Origin: Macrostomum lignano
Lineage: Eukaryota
Direction: 5' to 3'
Length of the DNA: 64,000 nt
Assembly: GCA_002269645.1 (NCBI GenBank)
Contig: NIVC01002942.1
Location: 62,001-126,000, forward strand
The notes under the pieces were generated by a model that saw nothing but the letters and a program-made list of their open reading frames with translations, was not told the DNA's origin and did no database searches. Positions 61,461-64,000 of this stretch are shown one piece after another; positions within the stretch are counted from its first letter, which is position 1; each line of letters starts with the position of its first letter. A program made the position numbers and the translations under genes.

Positions 61461-64000
61461 GCTGTCAATATATAGAATTAAATGGAGAGCTTAGAAATGA
61501 CACTCAATGGGGCTGATATACACAGGTGCAAAGATGACGCAGAGCCCGCTACTCTCAGCATCTCTAACTAGCCCTGTCGCTGTCAATATATAGAATTAAA
61601 TGGAGAGCTTAGAAATGACACTCAATGGGGCTGATATACACAGGTGCAAAGATGACGCAGAGCCCGCTACTCTCAGCATCTCTAACTAGCCCTGTCGCTG
61701 TCAATATATAGAATTAAATGGAGAGCTTAGAAATGACACTCAATGGGGCTGATATACACAGGTGCAAAGATGACGCAGAGCCCGCTACTCTCAGCATCTC
61801 TAACTAGCCCTGTCGCTGTCAATATATAGAATTAAATGGAGAGCTTAGAAATGACACTCAATGGGGCTGATATACACAGGTGCAAAGATGACGCAGAGCC
61901 CGCTACTCTCAGCATCTCTAACTAGCCCTGTCGCTGTCAATATATAGAATTAAATGGAGAGCTTAGAAATGACACTCAATGGGGCTGATATACACAGGTG
62001 CAAAGATGACGCAGAGCCCGCTACTCTCAGCATCTCTAACTAGCCCTGTCGCTGTCAATATATAGAATTAAATGGAGAGCTTAGAAATGACACTCAATGG
62101 GGCTGATATACACAGGTGCAAAGATGACGCAGAGCCCGCTACTCTCAGCATCTCTAACTAGCCCTGTCGCTGTCAATATATAGAATTAAATGGAGAGCTT
62201 AGAAATGACACTCAATGGGGCTGATATACACAGGTGCAAAGATGACGCAGAGCCCGCTACTCTCAGCATCTCTAACTAGCCCTGTCGCTGTCAATATATA
62301 GAATTAAATGGAGAGCTTAGAAATGACACTCAATGGGGCTGATATACACAGGTGCAAAGATGACGCAGAGCCCGCTACTCTCAGCATCTCTAACTAGCCC
62401 TGTCGCTGTCAATATATAGAATTAAATGGAGAGCTTAGAAATGACACTCAATGGGGCTGATATACACAGGTGCAAAGATGACGCAGAGCCCGCTACTCTC
62501 AGCATCTCTAACTAGCCCTGTCGCTGTCAATATATAGAATTAAATGGAGAGCTTAGAAATGACACTCAATGGGGCTGATATACACAGGTGCAAAGATGAC
62601 GCAGAGCCCGCTACTCTCAGCATCTCTAACTAGCCCTGTCGCTGTCAATATATAGAATTAAATGGAGAGCTTAGAAATGACACTCAATGGGGCTGATATA
62701 CACAGGTGCAAAGATGACGCAGAGCCCGCTACTCTCAGCATCTCTAACTAGCCCTGTCGCTGTCAATATATAGAATTAAATGGAGAGCTTAGAAATGACA
62801 CTCAATGGGGCTGATATACACAGGTGCAAAGATGACGCAGAGCCCGCTACTCTCAGCATCTCTAACTAGCCCTGTCGCTGTCAATATATAGAATTAAATG
62901 GAGAGCTTAGAAATGACACTCAATGGGGCTGATATACACAGGTGCAAAGATGACGCAGAGCCCGCTACTCTCAGCATCTCTAACTAGCCCTGTCGCTGTC
63001 AATATATAGAATTAAATGGAGAGCTTAGAAATGACACTCAATGGGGCTGATATACACAGGTGCAAAGATGACGCAGAGCCCGCTACTCTCAGCATCTCTA
63101 ACTAGCCCTGTCGCTGTCAATATATAGAATTAAATGGAGAGCTTAGAAATGACACTCAATGGGGCTGATATACACAGGTGCAAAGATGACGCAGAGCCCG
63201 CTACTCTCAGCATCTCTAACTAGCCCTGTCGCTGTCAATATATAGAATTAAATGGAGAGCTTAGAAATGACACTCAATGGGGCTGATATACACAGGTGCA
63301 AAGATGACGCAGAGCCCGCTACTCTCAGCATCTCTAACTAGCCCTGTCGCTGTCAATATATAGAATTAAATGGAGAGCTTAGAAATGACACTCAATGGGG
63401 CTGATATACACAGGTGCAAAGATGACGCAGAGCCCGCTACTCTCAGCATCTCTAACTAGCCCTGTCGCTGTCAATATATAGAATTAAATGGAGAGCTTAG
63501 AAATGACACTCAATGGGGCTGATATACACAGGTGCAAAGATGACGCAGAGCCCGCTACTCTCAGCATCTCTAACTAGCCCTGTCGCTGTCAATATATAGA
63601 ATTAAATGGAGAGCTTAGAAATGACACTCAATGGGGCTGATATACACAGGTGCAAAGATGACGCAGAGCCCGCTCCTCTCAGCATCTCTAACTAGCCCTG
63701 TCGCTGTCAATATATAGAATTAAATGGAGAGCTTAGAAATGACACTCAATGGGGCTGATATACACAGGTGCAAAGATGACGCAGAGCCGCTACTCTAGCA
63801 TCTCTAACTAGCCCTGTCGCTGTCAATATATAGAATTAAATGGAGAGCTTAGAAATGACACTCAATGGGCTGATATACACAGGTGCAAAGATGACGCAGA
63901 GCCCGCTACTCTCAGCATCTCTAACTAGCCCTGTCGCTGTCAATATATAGAATTAAATGGAGAGCTTAGAAATGACACTCAATGGGGCTGATATACACAG
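61461..64000. repeat. 118-bp satellite, at least 21 copies, continuing past the window end
   Basis: Unit starts GCTGTCAATATATAGAATTAAATGGAGAGC at 61461, 61579, 61697 and onward; copies near-identical. Confidence 0.98.

Noticed and set aside
61461-64000. 5S rRNA or spliced-leader RNA gene array (unit length is similar to 5S)
   Set aside because: The unit lacks the 5S internal promoter and consensus, and has no recognisable leader-GT-Sm site arrangement

Overview
Eukaryotic (metazoan-like) genomic DNA, not prokaryotic. It holds GC-rich spliced genes with GT-AG introns (mostly GTGAG/GTAAG donors), and by my hand tally about half of the window is tandem repeat. I rebuilt six protein-coding genes by hand with splice phases checked: an anoctamin/TMEM16 (+, 5' end unresolved, ends 10410), a divergent class A GPCR (-, 13794-11649), a stonin (+, 18018-22794), a PTPDC1-like phosphatase (+, 24789-27986), a large low-complexity unknown protein (-, ~39591-29728) and a TESK-like kinase (-, 60192-53643). 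There are also ~29 tandem arrays (including a 10.5 kb 39-bp satellite and a 118-bp satellite running off the end), a hAT-type MITE whose interior became a minisatellite, and a probable tRNA-derived SINE. The architecture resembles what is reported for the flatworm Macrostomum lignano, but that is inference only. Most long ORFs in the supplied track are repeat artefacts. No CRISPR array, rRNA or intact tRNA was seen. I found no clearly new multi-gene system. The best leads are: splice-site-hugging intron arrays, a satellite seeded on a CCAAT box, a possible dicistronic/fused stonin, Glu-to-Asp changes in the anoctamin Ca2+ site, a dual-frame kinase exon and an intronic miRNA-like hairpin.
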